NCBI RefSeq assembly: GCF_009914755.1
Contig: NC_060937.1
Source of the DNA: the human T2T-CHM13v2.0 reference genome, Homo sapiens
Strand: one strand, 5' to 3'
Length of the DNA stretch: 64,000 bases
In this document: positions 14,450-29,212 of the stretch, in pieces
Layout: the number at the start of each line of letters is the position of its first letter
Position numbering within the stretch: position 1 is the first letter of the stretch
The notes under the pieces: generated by a model
The model's input: only the letters and a program-made list of their open reading frames with translations
Told to the model about the DNA's origin: nothing
Databases searched by the model: none
Made by a program: the position numbers and the translations under genes

Positions 14450-16045
14450 TCAACTTCCAATTCCAGCCAAGATAGCATAGCAAGAACCAAACACACATTC
14501 TTTCCCAAAACAACCAAAAACAAAAACAGACAAAATATATAAATTATCTTTTAAATTGGACATCAAGCAGAAAAGAACAGTGATCCTGAAAAAAAAAAAA
14601 AGATTGTAAACAAACATGCTGAACCCTACAATTGTTGCAGTTTACTGCCCTGAAAGATTTTGCAGGTTTATTGGGCATGCAGGAGTAACTGAGATTAACC
14701 TGGACAACTCCCTCAGTTGAGACAGAACTAAGAGTCCAGGAAGAGTGAGGCAGTAAAAGCTAACAGAATGGTGTACCGGAGAATAGATATTTGTACAGAG
14801 AGAACCCCAATGACATGTAAAAAGTCCTCATCAAGTATTGAATAGTTTCAATGTATTTATGAAGGAATTATCCAAGCCAAAGAAAAACTTCATCAAATGA
14901 GTTATAAGTAATAGTCTCTAACACACTCAGAGGGCTGGATATGGTGCCCATTGGCATGAGCTAAAATTAAAAAGGAAAACTAGTTTACAGGGTATCCTAC
15001 TTTGCAAAGTCTTGCTTCATTAGTAGGAGATAATTAATCCAAGACTGAGCACTTATTAGGCCCAGCTTACAAGTCATAAAAGATAAATAGGAAGGCATCA
15101 AATTCCTTTCAATAATTTTATTTCAAGATTTCAGAAAAACAGGTTAATGAAACACGTGCAATACAAAATATACTTAGAACTCAACTTGGCAAAATATACA
15201 ATGTGTGGCATCTAATCAAAGAATTTCAGGCTGGCAGGAGAAAAATGACCTACAATAAGGAGAAAAACTATCAATAGAAAGAGAACCAAGCTTACACAGC
15301 TGTTATAATTAGTATAGAAGGACATTTAAACAGTTATTACAACTTCATTCCATATGTTCAAAAGTTAAGTAAAAATCTAGTAGATTTAATAATGATAGAA
15401 AAACACTTATGGAGATGAAAACCACAATAACTGGGATGAAAAACTCACCATATCAGACACTGCAAAGAAAAATATTAATAAGCTTATAGAAATAGAAACT
15501 TCAAAAAATGAAACACAAAGATAAAAAAGAAATTTTTAAAAAACAGACAAAGCTGCAGTGAGCAGTGGCACAACTTCAAGCGGCCTACTACATAGGTAAT
15601 TAGAGTCCCTGACGGGTAAAAGATAGAAAGGAAACAGAAATATTGAAAAATATAATGATCAAAAATGTATTAGACTTAATGGAAATTTTAAATTTACAGA
15701 TCCAAAAACCAACCCAAAGCACAAGAAATGGAAAGAAAGTGACAACATAAAATCAATTTGCTCAAAATTTAGTTATAATAAGCGAACATCTTAATGACAG
15801 TCAAAGAGGAAAAAAAATATGTCATAGGAAAATGAATATAATGATGAAACTAGATTTCCAACTGAAGACCATATAAGTGATGAGAGTGTAAAACACCTTT
15901 CAAGTATTGAGAGAAAATTAAAAATTAGTTGAATATTTAATACCCAGAAAAAATACATTGGCAAAATAAAAAATGTTTTCAGAGCTACAAAAGCCGAGCA
16001 AATCCACCATGAGCTGACTCTCTCTAAAGAAATGCTAAAAAATGT
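14450..16045 (+). mobile_element. Old L1M 5'UTR/ORF1 region; continues at about 17963-18320
   Basis: ORF1-like motifs GAGCAGTGGCACAACTTCAAGCGGCCTA and ACAGATCCAA. Host sequence resumes after the L1PA TSD. Confidence 0.7.
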
Positions 16046-16671
16046 GTGGCGTTATTTCTCAGGCCTCTGTTCTGTTCCATTGGTCTATATATCTGTTTTG
16101 GTACCAGTACCATGCTGTTTTGGTTACTGTAGCCTTGTAGTATAGTTTGAAGTCAGGAGGCATGATGCCTCCAGCTTTGTTCTTTTTGCTTAGGATTGTC
16201 TTGGCTATACAGGCTCTTTTTTGATTCCATGTGAAATTTAAAGTAGTTTTTTCTAATTTTTTGAAGAAGCCAGTGTTAGCTTGATGGGGATAGCATTGAA
16301 TCTATAAATTACTTTGGGGACAATGGCCATTTTCATGATATTGATTCTTCTTCCCATCCATGAGCATGGAACGTTTTTCCATTTGTTTGTGTCCACTCTT
16401 ATTTCCTTGAGCAGTGGTTTGTAGTTCTCCTTAAAGAGGCCCTTCACATCCCTTGTAAGTTGTATTCCTAGGTATTTTATTCTCTTTGTAGCAATTGTGA
16501 ATGGGAGTTCACTCATGATTTGCTCTATATTTGTCTATTATTGTTTTATAGGAATGCTTGTGATTTTGGGGCACTGATTATTAGCTTAGGGAGATTTGAG
16601 GCTGAGACGATGGGGTTCTCTAAATATACACTCATGCCATCTGCAAACAAAGACAATTTGACTTCCTCTTT
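16046..16671 (-). mobile_element. Inverted 5' segment of a twin-primed L1PA (L1PA7/8-like)
   Basis: Antisense ORF2. ORF 16253-16516 reads [25 protein letters not shown]. Confidence 0.95.
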
Positions 16672-17962
16672 TAACAAATTTGACAAAAACAAGCAATGGG
16701 GAAAGGATTCCCTATTTAATAAATGGTGTTGGGAAAACTGGCTAGCCATATGCAGAAAACTGAAACTGGACCCCTTCTTTACACCTTGTTCAAAAATTAA
16801 CTCAAGATGTGCTAAAGACTTAAACATAAGACCTAAAACCATAAAAACCCCAGAAGAAATCCTAGGCAATACAATTCAGGACATAGGCCTGGGCCAAGAC
16901 TTCAAGACTAAACACCGAAAGCAATGGCAACAAAAGCCAAACTTGACAAACGGGATTTAATTAAACTAAAGAGCTTCTGCACATCAAAAGAAACTATCAT
17001 CAGAGTGAACAGGCCTCCTACAGAATGGCAGAAAATTTTTGCAATCTACCCATCTGACAAAGGGCTAATATCCAGAATCTACAATGAACTTAAACAAATT
17101 TACAAGAAAGAAACATACAACCCCGTTAAAAAGTGGGCAAAGGATCTAAACAGACACTCCTCAAAAGAAGACATTCATGTGGCCAACAAAGATATGAAAA
17201 AAAGCTCATCATCACTGCTCATTAGAGAAATTCAAATCAAAACCACAGTGAGATACCATCTCATTGTGAGATGGTGATCATTAACAAGTCAGGAAACAAC
17301 GAATGCTGGAGAGAACATGGAGAAATAAGAACGCTTTTACACTCTTGGTGAGAGTATAAATTAGTTCAACCATTGTGGAAGACAGTGTGGCAATTCCTCA
17401 AAGATCTAGAATCAGAAATACCATTTGACCCAGCAATCCCTTTACTGGGTATACAACCAAAGGATTATAAATCATTCTACTACAAAGACACATGCACATA
17501 TATGTTTATTGCAGCACTGTTCACAAAAGACTTAGAACCAACCCAAATGCTCATTAATGATAGACTGGATAAATAAAATGTGGCACATATATACCATGTA
17601 ATACTATGCAGTCATAAAAAAGAATGAGTTCATGTCCTTTGCAGGGACATGGATGAAGCTGGAAACCATCATTCTCAGTAAACTAACACAGGAACTGAAA
17701 ACCATACACCGTATATTCTCACTCATAAGTGGGAGTTGAACAATGAGAACACATGGACACAGGGAGCGGAACATCACACACCAGGACCTGTTGGGGGGTG
17801 GGGAGTTGGGGGAGGGATAGTATTAGGAGAAATACCTAATGTAGATGATGGGTTGATGGGTGCAGCAAACCACCATGGTGCGTGTATACCTATGTAACAA
17901 ACCTGCACATTCTGCACATGTATCCAAGGATTTAAAATATAATAAACACACACACACAGACA
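16672..17962 (+). mobile_element. Sense 3' segment of the same L1PA (ORF2 end, 3'UTR, tail decayed to (CA)n)
   Basis: [20 protein letters not shown]1PA 3'UTR, and TSD AAAGAAATG(C/T)TAAAAAATGT at 16026-16045 and 17963-17982. Confidence 0.95.
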
Positions 17963-18319
17963 AAAGAAATGTTAAAAAATGTATTTCAGGCAGAAGAATA
18001 ATGATACCACATCCAAATATATAATGATTAAAACCAGAAACACCATAAGAAAATGATTTTCTTATTTTTAATATAATTATTTAAACAAAAATAATAGCAA
18101 TGAATTCTGAGGTTTATATTATATATGAAAGCAAAAGAATGACAATAACATAAAGACTTAAAGGAATGAAATGACGGTCAACTCTGATAAAATTCTTACA
18201 CTGTAAATGAAGTGGTATAACATCACTTGAAGATAGACTGTAATCAGTTTAGATTCATACTATAAACTATAAAATGTCTAGAATTAAGAAACAAACAAAG
18301 CACTAGATTAATCTAAAAC

Positions 18320-19963
18320 ATGGAAGACAATGTCTGGGCAAAGTTGAGGTGGTGGTACCTGTTCCCCTGCCATTGCTGCACTGAGTTTCCATCAGCAGCC
18401 TCGGGCTACAGATATTATGGCCTTTCCCCTGCAGATTAGCGCTTTTGTTCTGTAAGAGAGATAAGGAATATGTGTGTCTGGTAGTGATTGGAGAAAATAA
18501 GTCTGAACGGAACTTCAGCAGTGGCTGTTCTTTCCCTTAATTAGCCACCATCAGGAAGAAGTTTTTAGGATCCTCTGCTATGTTTCTTGTGACTACCTGG
18601 TAAGTTTCTTGGAGGAAAAGCCTGCAAGAGAGTGCAAACCTCCCTCTGTCGATGACTACCAGATTCTTCAAACAATCACACTAGCCTATATTTAGTTTTT
18701 AGCAGTATGTTAAAAATTTCTGACTTTTTCACTAGTGTATATACCTTTTGCCAGTATTTGCACAAGATAAGCAAATCCTGAAATTTTGTTTTTCCGTGCA
18801 TGAGATGGTCTTTCTCAAGATAGGATGTTAGTTGTTTGCCCTGTGACTTCAGTTATTCGATGCATTCAAGAAATGTCAGAAATCTGTAGTTTCTTCTGCT
18901 GTTTTAATTGTTTGAACAATGCTCTTTCCAGGTCTCTACATCCTTCAGGTGAAGTCAGAATTTGCTTTATAAATTCTGAAGCTCTCTTTTAGGTGCATAC
19001 ATATTTAAGACTGTTATATCTTATAGAATTATTACCTTTATTTATTAATGTATTCCTTTATCCCTTTCATATTTATGCTATAAAATCTACTTTGGTATCA
19101 ATATAGCTCTTCCAGACTTCTTCTGATTAGTGCTTCCATGGTATAACTTTCACCATTCTTGGACATTTAACTCATGCTCTTATATTTAAGAGGGCTCCTT
19201 TTAGGCAACATATAATTAGGTCTTGCTTCTGCTATCCAAACTTGACAATTTCTTCATTTTATTTGTGCCTCCAGATTGCTTTCATGTAATGTAAACATGA
19301 ACCTTACTGGTAATATTTACCACCTTGTTAGTTGTTTTCTATTCATTATTCTGTTCTTTGATTCTTTATTCTCTACTGTACTCTCTGCTTTTACATTGAC
19401 AATGTTTTAATTTGATTTTTTCTCTTATTGGATTATTAACATTGCATATTAAATATTTAGTAGTTCCCTATAATTTGTGATATACCTTGTAATAAATAGC
19501 AATTTATTTTCAAATAAATTTATGCTACTTCATATGTAGTTTAAGGATCTAACATCTATCAATTCCCATTTCCCCTACCTTGTACTTTGTGGTATTCCTG
19601 TTATAAATTGTAAGTTAAACCTATGCTCAAATATGTAGTATATCACTACTATGTTTTATTTAAAGAATGAGTATTTTTCTAGAGCAACTGAAATATAAAT
19701 AAAATTTTAGTTTTACTTTTTACCTTTTTCTCATTTTTTCCTGTTTTCTGTGCTCTTCATTTGTTTGTGAAGATCTAAAATTCTCTCTGATGGCACATTT
19801 ATTCCTTTATCTTTTAACTTCTTGTAGTGCTGGTCTGCTGGAAGTGAATCTCTCATTTGTTGCAGTTTCTTTCTGTTGGTTTTTTTGTTTTGTTATATTT
19901 TGTCTGACATACTCTTTATTTGTTCTTCATTTGTCATTTTTTTTCCTAAAATCCTGAGTTGAC

Positions 19964-20006
<43 letters not shown>

Positions 20007-21665
20007 CCCCCAGCACTTGACATATATCACTCTGTTTGCTTCAACCTTGCCTGGTTTATGAGAAATCTCTGTTATTCTATCCTTTGTTTTTATGTATGCA
20101 ATATCCACACCTCATTCCAGCCTACCTCACCCTGGCTATTTTATAGGTGTCTCACTTGTACTTTGCTGTTTGTTATTAATTTTGGAATATTTGTTCCCAT
20201 TCTTTTTTCTCTGTGATTACAGTAATAAAAGTATTAAGTATTTTGTATATTATCTCATAGCTTTCAAATATTTTTACTATTTTTCTATTTGTGTTTTAGT
20301 TCAGGTAATTTCCATTTACTTATTTTCAAGTTCCCTGATTCCTTCCTCAGCTATGTTGCTTTCAGTAATCAGCTTACTTCATCTGTTATTTTCATATTTT
20401 GCATTTCTTTTGACTTCCATCTCTTGCTCACATTACCCATGCAATCTTGCATGTCAACCTTTTCCATTAGTCTTTAACATGTTTTTCAATATTTTAAATT
20501 TTCTCTCTGGTAATTCCAGCACATATATCATATTTGAGTCTATTTCTATTGATTGATTTGTTTCATGGTAGTGAGTTATCTCTTACCTCTTCACAATTTT
20601 TGGCTGAATTTCAGAAATATTGTGTAGGGCAATATTTTATATTTACACAGTTTTGTATAAATATGTTTGGATGTTTGGAAATCACCAACTCATTTTGCCT
20701 TGGGCCATTAATAGCAATGTTTTGGTCAATGCAGTCAGGAGTTGAGGTGAGTTTGAGCTTTGTTGTTGTCGTTGCTATGATTAATCTCAGGGCACCATAA
20801 GCTTTAAATTCCTTCAAAAGACAATGTTTTTATGGTGGAAGCTTGTTTGACAAAAGATTTTTCTCAATAACTAGTCTATCCTTAATTTTGTGTCTCCCAT
20901 TTGCACTGTGCCTCACAGAGGGATGTTCTCTCAGCAGCATTCCCCTATAAATTGAGAACAGCTTGTTAGCTGAGGGTGGGAAAAGGATAGAGGATGGGGA
21001 TTGTAAAACTTTAGTTTTAGTTTTAGGCAGGCATTTGGTCGGCAGATCTCAGGAGTCTTGCTTTCTCAATGTCAATATTCGCTCCCTACCCAAATGTAGA
21101 TATGAGTTTAACACATATACTTGATGCCCTTCCTTTCCCTAGGATTACACCTTATATTGTATTCCTTCTACACAGCTACAATGGATTTTTCCTTGTGCCC
21201 TAAGGATAACAATATTTGTTGTTCTCTCTTTAGTTTAAGGCTCTTTTCCCCCATAGAGGAGATAAGGGAGACCAATCTGATAGGTTCCACGTCTTTCTTA
21301 CAACAGCTGTTGTTCTTCTCTATACTATGATGGATGTTTTCTCAGGGATCTTGCAAATTTTTTTTTTTTTGGATGTAAGCCATATTTGGCTTTGATCTAT
21401 TCATTAACAACTTCTGGTGAATTCTTCTTACTGGTATCTGACTGCTTTTATCCTAGGTCTCCAACTCTCTCTCTCTCTCTCTCCCCCTCCGCTTAGGCCC
21501 CAGTGTTTCTGTAGGTTTCAGAAGAGTTAGTTTTCCCTGTTTTTTCTCAGATTCAACAAAACTGTGGCTTTTTGTTTCACTCAACTTTTATTGCTTTGTT
21601 TGTAAAGATGGGAGTGATAGTCTCTAGTCTTTCCATCTTTCCACATCCTAGATAGTAACTAGAAC
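18320..21665 (-). mobile_element. Old antisense L1M fragments (5'UTR/ORF1/ORF2 start)
   Basis: T-rich antisense L1 motifs TAGGTGCATACATATTTAAG, GCAACATATAATTAGGTCTTGC and GAGAAATCTCTG. Confidence 0.6.
19966..20006. repeat. Poly(T) tract (41 nt)
   Basis: Uninterrupted homopolymer inside an old L1. Confidence 0.97.
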
Positions 21666-21909
21666 TCTGTGCTTGATTTAAAATATACCTGGATATTCAT
21701 GAACTCTTCAGTTGTTTTTTTTTTTTTAACATTTTAGAACATGTTTAGACCTTCAAAACAAAAATCATACATTTCCTGCATAAATTCCTTTTTATAAAAC
21801 ATTTTTCATGACTTTCACAGACAATCTTCAACATGCCTTACCTTTCTGACTATGTTTTATAACCTTCCTTACTAAAGGTGCATTCTTTTTTTTTTTTTTA
21901 AGAGCTGGA

Positions 21910-22183
21910 GTAATCTCGGCACTTTGGGAGGCCGAGGTGGGTGGATCACCTGAAGTCAGGAGTTTGAGACCAGCCTTACCTACATGGTGAAACTCCGTCT
22001 CTACTAAAAATATAAAAATTAGCTGGGCGTGGTTGTGGGTATCTGTAATCCTAGCTACATGGGAGGCTGAGGCAGGAGAATCCCTTGAACCCAGGAGGCA
22101 GAGGTTGCAGTCAGCCAAGATGAAGCCCCTGCCCTCCAGACTAGGTGACAGAGCAAGACTCCGTCTCAAAAAAAAAAAAAAAA
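21910..22183 (+). mobile_element. 5'-truncated AluS (Sx/Sq-like)
   Basis: Starts at GTAATCTCGGCACTTTGGG, missing about 24 nt. Poly(A) and TSD AAGAG(C/A)TGGAGT. Confidence 0.93.
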
Positions 22184-22229
22184 GAGATGGAGTGTAAACG
22201 GAGTATAAACTCCTTTTCCTTAAGTATGA

Positions 22230-22725
22230 ACTTTCTTTCATGATTTCCTTATATCAGATGAAATATGGCAAAGTGACATTATTTGACTTTACATGCTAGG
22301 TCAGAAGAAAAGATTGTTTTTGTGTAGATTTCTTAGATTGTCTTCTTTGAAAGCCCTAAGCCTTCATATAAGGATTCTAGGTTATTTGACGCTGCTACCC
22401 TGAAAACAGACTATGTAGAGGACCCACTTAGAGGTAGAGAGGAATGCTGAGGAAGGTTTTCAAGCAGTAAGCAGTCCCATCTTCCATCTTATTGAGTCTT
22501 CCCAGCTCAGACATCAGACTTCCAAGTAAAAAAGCCCTCAAGATGATTCCAGGTTTTGCTAATTGTTTGACAGAATCCTCATTTGAGACCCTGAGAGAAC
22601 CCAATCAGTCAAGCTGCTTGTAAAATTCAAACCCACAGAAACAAGATAAATTTTAAATAATTGTGTTATTTTAAACTGCAAACTTCTGTGATTATTTGGT
22701 ATGCATTCATAGATAATTGATGTAG
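22230..22725 (+). mobile_element. Old MaLR LTR (MLT1F/G/H-like)
   Basis: 3' motif ACCCACAGAAAC...TGTTATTTTAAACTGC...ATAGATAATTGAT. Confidence 0.6.
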
Positions 22726-24529
22726 AATCTTATTTATGTATTAATTCTAATTGGCTTTAGAAATTCCCCTCTATATTTAGTGCTTCTCAAAAGTATTGGT
22801 ATTGGGTAGTTCTCATTAAATTTGAATTACAAATGAACAGAATGAACATGATCACTAGTATAATAACACCATTCTAGAAGCTGATTAAAGATAACAGAAA
22901 GCAGTTGCATTTTTCCCAATTCCTTACAATTATGACAGCAATTCTTTACTTCAATTGTGAACCTGCCAGATTACATAAATAAAAATGAGGTTACATAATA
23001 TTTAGGCTGAAAATCTTTAATTAAATATTGGGTATTGTTTAAAGTAACACTAGAATAATAATAGGCACCCCCTTTACAAACAAATCCATTTAGTTCTTGC
23101 CCAGGCAATTTCCTTTCTTTAAATATTTGCCAAATCATTTTATGAAAGAAATTTCCCCTGATTTTCAGAGTTATTTTAGGGCTCTCTCTTTTGTTCTTTC
23201 ATAGGGGTATAAATTTCACAATCTCAATTACCTGATTACCATATTGGACAAGCTATTTGAGAATGAGAATTATATCTTGTTCAGTTAACACTAGAAACGG
23301 GCAAATAATAGCCCATCAATATGTGCTGAATATTTAATGCATTATTTGTTAATGTATCATTTAAAATGTCAACTTCTGTGAGTAATTTATATAGAGTAGG
23401 TGTATATGTTTTTTTTTTAAAAAATTCTTATTATTCATGCCATGGGATTACAAAAAAAAACACTAAAAGTATTATTTTCTTTGGAGTCAGAACAAGAGAG
23501 GAATACATGAAGTTTGAATAATATCTTGCTATACAGCTAAATTTTCTCAGACAAGGGGATGGAATATGATAAGGCTTGGTAAGGAATAAAATAAACAGCC
23601 ATATTTTTCAGATAGAACAAATTATTGCAACATAGTAAATGAAACCATAAGTGAAAGAAAGCTTATAACCCTTGAACATTTCTTAATTGTTAAGCAGTGT
23701 AGGAGAAACATCTCAGAATCAATCTCTGCCTCGAAATAGAAGTGTGCTGCTTAAGACTTAACTTCACACTGGGAGCTACAGTGTACCAAAAAGAGAGAAA
23801 GGATAGCAATGAAGAAAGATTTTTAGATTAAAAACTATCAAAAGTATGGTCTTAAATTTATTCTAATGATTATTCTATCCCTATTAAATCTTAATGTCTT
23901 TTTGAGTTTATAGTTTAGTTATTCAAAGTCTAAAGTCCATCAAAAAATTAGAAAATGAACAATTACAAGCTTATTTTGCTGAATTGGGAATGTTACACTC
24001 AACTCCAGAGTAAATTCATGCAAGTTAAAACAAATAAGCTAACAACAAAAAAAACTATTATCTCAGTTGCTGACAACTTTTTTTAAAAATTATTTCTTGT
24101 TCAGGGAAATAAGTCCATGAAATAATTAATATAAAGAGTCTTAAAACGTGTCTGATATAATATATTTTACATTTTATACAACATATCATTTTTAGTTCAC
24201 ATAAGAAGGATAGTTTTTACTATTTGCTACAGGCACTTCTTTAAAGTCTTATCTTGAGTCTATATATTCCTTTGTTTTCTTTGGTTTTGTTTTAAAGCAG
24301 GATTGATTTTTACACTTCTATTTTTTTATTTTTTACAAATTGATTTATATTGTTTCTTTTAATTAAATTAACTGCACTTTTTCTTACTCATCTTATTACT
24401 GTTTTAGATTTTGTTGACCTAACACTATTGAAATAATCTTTTTTATCTTGCCTCTCTCTCCTTTCAAGTAGCCCTAATCAACTGTATCAATGAATAACAT
24501 CAATACAGGCCAATACTTTTGATTTATAG

Positions 24530-24930
24530 TTTTGTACCTTGCTAGTCCAGTGACCTTGAATAAATTGCTGAATCCTTTTGAGCCTCCTTCTTTGTTTGTA
24601 AAATGTGAAAACTTTCTTATGTGATTTTGAGGGTAAATAAATTATGTATCTAAAGTACTCAGTATCATGTCTGACATACAGAAATGCATAATATAAGGAT
24701 TGTAAATCCAAAATTCTTAAGATTCTAGTTTTATCACCATCAACTAGTTGTTTCGTGACTTTGGGCAAGTTTCTTAATATCTTTTACTCTCAGTTCTTAT
24801 AAAATGGGAATAATACTAGTAAACTATGCTAAAGGGGCTTATGAAAACTGAATAAAATAGTACATATAAAGTACCCAGAAAATCGTCTGAAACATAATAA
24901 GCACTCAAAAATTATCAGTTGTAGTTATTT
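24530..24930 (+). mobile_element. Two tandem MIR relics
   Basis: GTGACCTTGAATAAATT...TGTAAAATG and GTGACTTTGGGCAAGTT...TAAAATGGGAATAATA cores. Confidence 0.7.
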
Positions 24931-25202
24931 TATTTATTAATATATGTAAGATAGCCTTATTTCAAATAGCTACATAATTATAGCCATGGATTTTGATTGA
25001 TTCCTTTAATTCAAATAGTGTTTTTAGATTGGAACATGAAATAATTTACATAAAGAAACTATGCTTAATATGAATACTATTATAAAGATTCACCTCTAAA
25101 ATAATTTTTAAAGGTTTAATATTTTTAATGTATTGTATTCACAACTTAGAGAACATTAGAATCTTGAAACTATCAATTTATACTCTGTACTTTTAAAGCT
25201 AC

Positions 25203-25850
25203 TGTGTCAGTCATCCCCAAGACCACTATTAGGCTCAAGGATTTGCTAATAAGGACCCACAAGGCTAGGAAAGCTGTTACACTCAGTTATGGCTTATTTC
25301 ATTGAGAGGATACAGATTAAAACCAGCAGAGGGGAAAAATGCATGGACTAAAGTCCAGGAGAAATCATCTAGATGTCCACACTTGTGAAGTCAAACAGGA
25401 ATGCACTTAATTCTCTCAGCAACGATGTATAACAATACATGCTAAGTGTTGCTAACTAGGAAAGCTCACCAGATTCTTGATGGCCAGTGTTTTTGTTGAG
25501 TCAGTCAGGCACATGACTGACCTCAGATGCTCAGACTTCAGCACCTGACCACAGACCAACATGACCTGTATAAAATACATCGCATTTGTGGAATAAACTT
25601 ATCTGGTCAAACTGGTACAACATGGGCCAAGGCTTCAGGCATATAAAAGCAGGCATTTGCCATAAGTAAAGTGTGACCCAAGGCCTCAGGCATATAAAAA
25701 GACTCATTGGGAAGACTATTTCAAGGGAACAAGGGTTATCTCCCAGCAATTGGCCAGGTACTTTTTCATTTTTTAAAATAGATCTATATTTGGAATGGGC
25801 TGAGTCTGAGCAATCCAGACTACTAAGTTTACCTTTTATTGACTATTGCT
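25203..25850 (-). mobile_element. MER21-like LTR
   Basis: CCCCAAGACCAC, AAAGCTGTTACACTCA and GAGGATACAGATTAAAA recalled as MER21 motifs. Confidence 0.65.
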
Positions 25851-25879
25851 CTCTCATTTTTTTCTTTTTTAATTTTTTT

Positions 25880-26245
25880 TAAAAACTTTTATTGTGCATA
25901 ATAGATGTACATAGTTTTGGAATGCATATGATAAGTTAATACATGTATATAGTTTGTAAAAATCAAATCAGTATACTTGGGATATACATCATCTGAAATA
26001 TTTGTCTTTTATGCTGGAAACATAACTAGCATAAACTAACCATTTTGGAATATAACAATACAGTATTGTAAACTATAGTCACCCTTCTGATCTATCAAGC
26101 ACTAGGTTTTATTTTTCCTATCAAACCATATATTTGTACCCACTAATCAACATGTCATCCCTCCCTCCCCTTTATCAATCTGCTTTCTATTTTCATGAGA
26201 TCCATTTCCTCGGCTCCCACATATGAGTGAGAACGTGCAGACTAT
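25880..26245 (-). mobile_element. L1MA 3' end
   Basis: ATAATAGATGTACATA...GCTCCCACATATGAGTGAGAAC. Confidence 0.8.
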
Positions 26246-28290
26246 TATCCTCTTCTATGGGTATTCCTTCCTATTATTTTCCCACTTACCTATTTCTTCA
26301 CAAAATTATTCTAAATATAAATATCTTCTTTGAATTTGTACCATAATAATCTCAAATATCACTATTCTCACAGTGTATTATTCCTATCCACTTTCTATCA
26401 GCTAAAATATTTGACATGTATATGTATTTAATTTATGGTTTCCATACATATGTTTATTATATGCTTCTTTTTATATGCTCTGTTTCATTCTGACCAAGAA
26501 TTCAGCAAGGGGGTCAGTCTTTACTTGTGTATCTCAATTGCAATTTTTAAAGTTTGTTTGTATTTTAGTTGCTCAATAAATGAAGTAATCTGACTGCCCT
26601 TTATTAGTTTTCTTTCTTAATCTCAGGCTGACTTCCACATTTCATAACTTGATATTGGATAATTTTCACAAAAAAGAAAAAAAAAGTTACCAAATAGTCT
26701 GTTGTTAATTTTCTTTAGAATACCTTAAATAAAATTTTTCGTTATCAAATCCCTCTTATACACCTAACTGGATTATTTTGATGAATGTATTAAAATAATA
26801 CACATATAATAACTTTGAAAACATAAGTAAATTATTATTATATCACCATTTTACCCAAAAGAGTCAATGATAAGAAGGGAGTTTAATGTTCAGAGCTATT
26901 AAGTATATTTATTTTCTATTACATCCATGATTTTTGTTATATTTATATAAATTTTTAACAACATTTGGTTTTGTTTACAGTAGAACTATTTTCCATCTGA
27001 ATAGAATCAAATCCCTCTGAAATAGCCTTAGGGAGCTTGCTAAATAAAAGTGTTAAGTTACATGAAATAGCTGTTACTATTATAACAACATTAAATAACA
27101 TTTATTGGCTTGCTAATAGAAAATATCTGTTCTTCCATTATTACTTGAATGTCCCAATCTAAAATAACTAACTCTACAAGATTAAAAAGAAACAAGAGAA
27201 CAAAGAGACATGTTTGCCTTCAGCTCCTTGGAGTAGAATTAAGGATAAGAATAGGTAAATTGTTAAGTAAAAATTTCTAAAAGAATATTGTGTAAAATAT
27301 ATAATCTCCAATTGTACCAATGCAATCCTCAATGTTGAGATGCTGATGCTCTCAAATTATTCCTATGTGTATGCACACTCACAAAAATTTCAATGCAGTT
27401 GAAAATTATTGTTTCTTTCAATATAATGCTGGACAATATCTCTAACTCTGCTGCAAAGTTCTCTATATAAACCAGAGATAGTGGTGATTTATTTTATAGT
27501 AATGTAAGGTGCAATATTTAGTCTTTTTGTTTATTGCAATATAAAATCCTATATTTTTCTCAAGTGCTAAGTTGTTTTATCACATAAATAAAAACTAATT
27601 TCAGCTCAACCAAAAAAAATCATTTCAATAAGCTTGGATAAATTTAATACCAGTCCAATTTTTATATTGCATTTGAAGCATCTGACAATTTTTATTCTAT
27701 TCAGATCAGCCATTTTAAAGAATCAGAATAGTTGTTAAACTGTTTGCTGTCATTTTCATGCTCTGTCATGGATCCTGCTAAAAAGCATTGAGGGAAACAA
27801 ACAAATAACAGCTTCTCTGTATAAGTCAAACTGGGAGGGATTGCCAACTAGGGGACTCATAAGTCTTTCTTTTATTCATTCTTATAGAACACTGTTTATT
27901 TTAAATAGAAAATAAACTGTAAAATAAATTATTACCTGAAGCTATCAAAAGCAGGTGTTGTTCTCCATAAGGCATTACTGGTTTTCAGCAAGACATATTT
28001 TGTTGTTATTTATAATTAAAAAATCATTGAACTTGTGATTAGCAACACGTTAAGAAATGAAACTCAATTCAAATGTAGTTGTGCTGTGTTGCCAAGTAAT
28101 CTGATGAAAACGGAAGGGAAAACCCAGAAGATTTTTGTAGTGTCAGAAAATATCAGATTGTAGAGTTTCTGAAATATATTGTAAATTTCTAGTTATACAT
28201 GAGAAACAGGATGCATTCACTTGCCAGTATTTCCTTCAGAAGTAACATTGTAATAGATAAATTTTAAATAATGGAAACATTCAAGAATAA

Positions 28291-28739
<449 letters not shown>

Positions 28740-28795
28740 TAGAGACTTTTAAACAGTCTAAAATATTGTCATCACCACTTATATTAAAATATAGA

Positions 28796-28981
28796 GGCAG
28801 GGCATGGTGGCTCACACCTGTAATCGCAGCACTTTGTGAGGCCAAGGTGGGCAGATTATCTGAGGTCAGGAGTTCCAGATCAGCCTGGGCAAGGTGGCGA
28901 AACCCCGTGTCTGCTAAAAATATGAAAATTAGATGGGCGTGGTGGCACTGGCCTGTAGTCTCAGATACTCAGGAGGCTGAA
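28796..28981 (+). mobile_element. 3'-truncated AluS fragment
   Basis: Left arm plus start of right arm, ending at CAGGAGGCTGA. Confidence 0.9.
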
Positions 28982-29024
28982 CCACCGCACTATCTACAGA
29001 TACGTATAAAGTAGTTAAACTGTA

Positions 29025-29212
29025 TTTCTTTTTAAGACAGGGTCTAGCTCTGTCCCCCAGGCTCGAGTGCAGTGGTTTGATCTCAGCTCACTGCAGGCTT
29101 GACCTCCTGGGCTGAGGTGATCCTCCCACTTCAGCCTCCTAAGTAGCTTAGACTACAGGCCAGTGCCACCACACCCATTTAATTTTTGTATTTTTAGCAG
29201 ACACGGGGTTTC
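29025..29212 (-). mobile_element. AluJ-like right-arm fragment
   Basis: AGACAGGGTCT and GATCCTCCCACTTCAGCC (J-type). Confidence 0.88.

Noticed and set aside
16253-17576. ORFs with strong RT-element similarity
   Set aside because: Fragments of L1 ORF2. The 146-aa ORF is a chimera across the inversion junction.
20092-20556. 154-aa hydrophobic ORF resembling a membrane protein
   Set aside because: T-rich antisense strand of an old L1, so a compositional artefact.
21730-21890. Possible ERV1 (MER4-group) internal fragment
   Set aside because: Only a vague recollection of similarity. Not supportable without a search.
27600-28000. Possible unique exon
   Set aside because: No sustained ORF. AAACTGGGAGGGATTGCCAA and CTGGTTTTCAGCAAG look like CR1/L3 RT relics, but are too weak to annotate.
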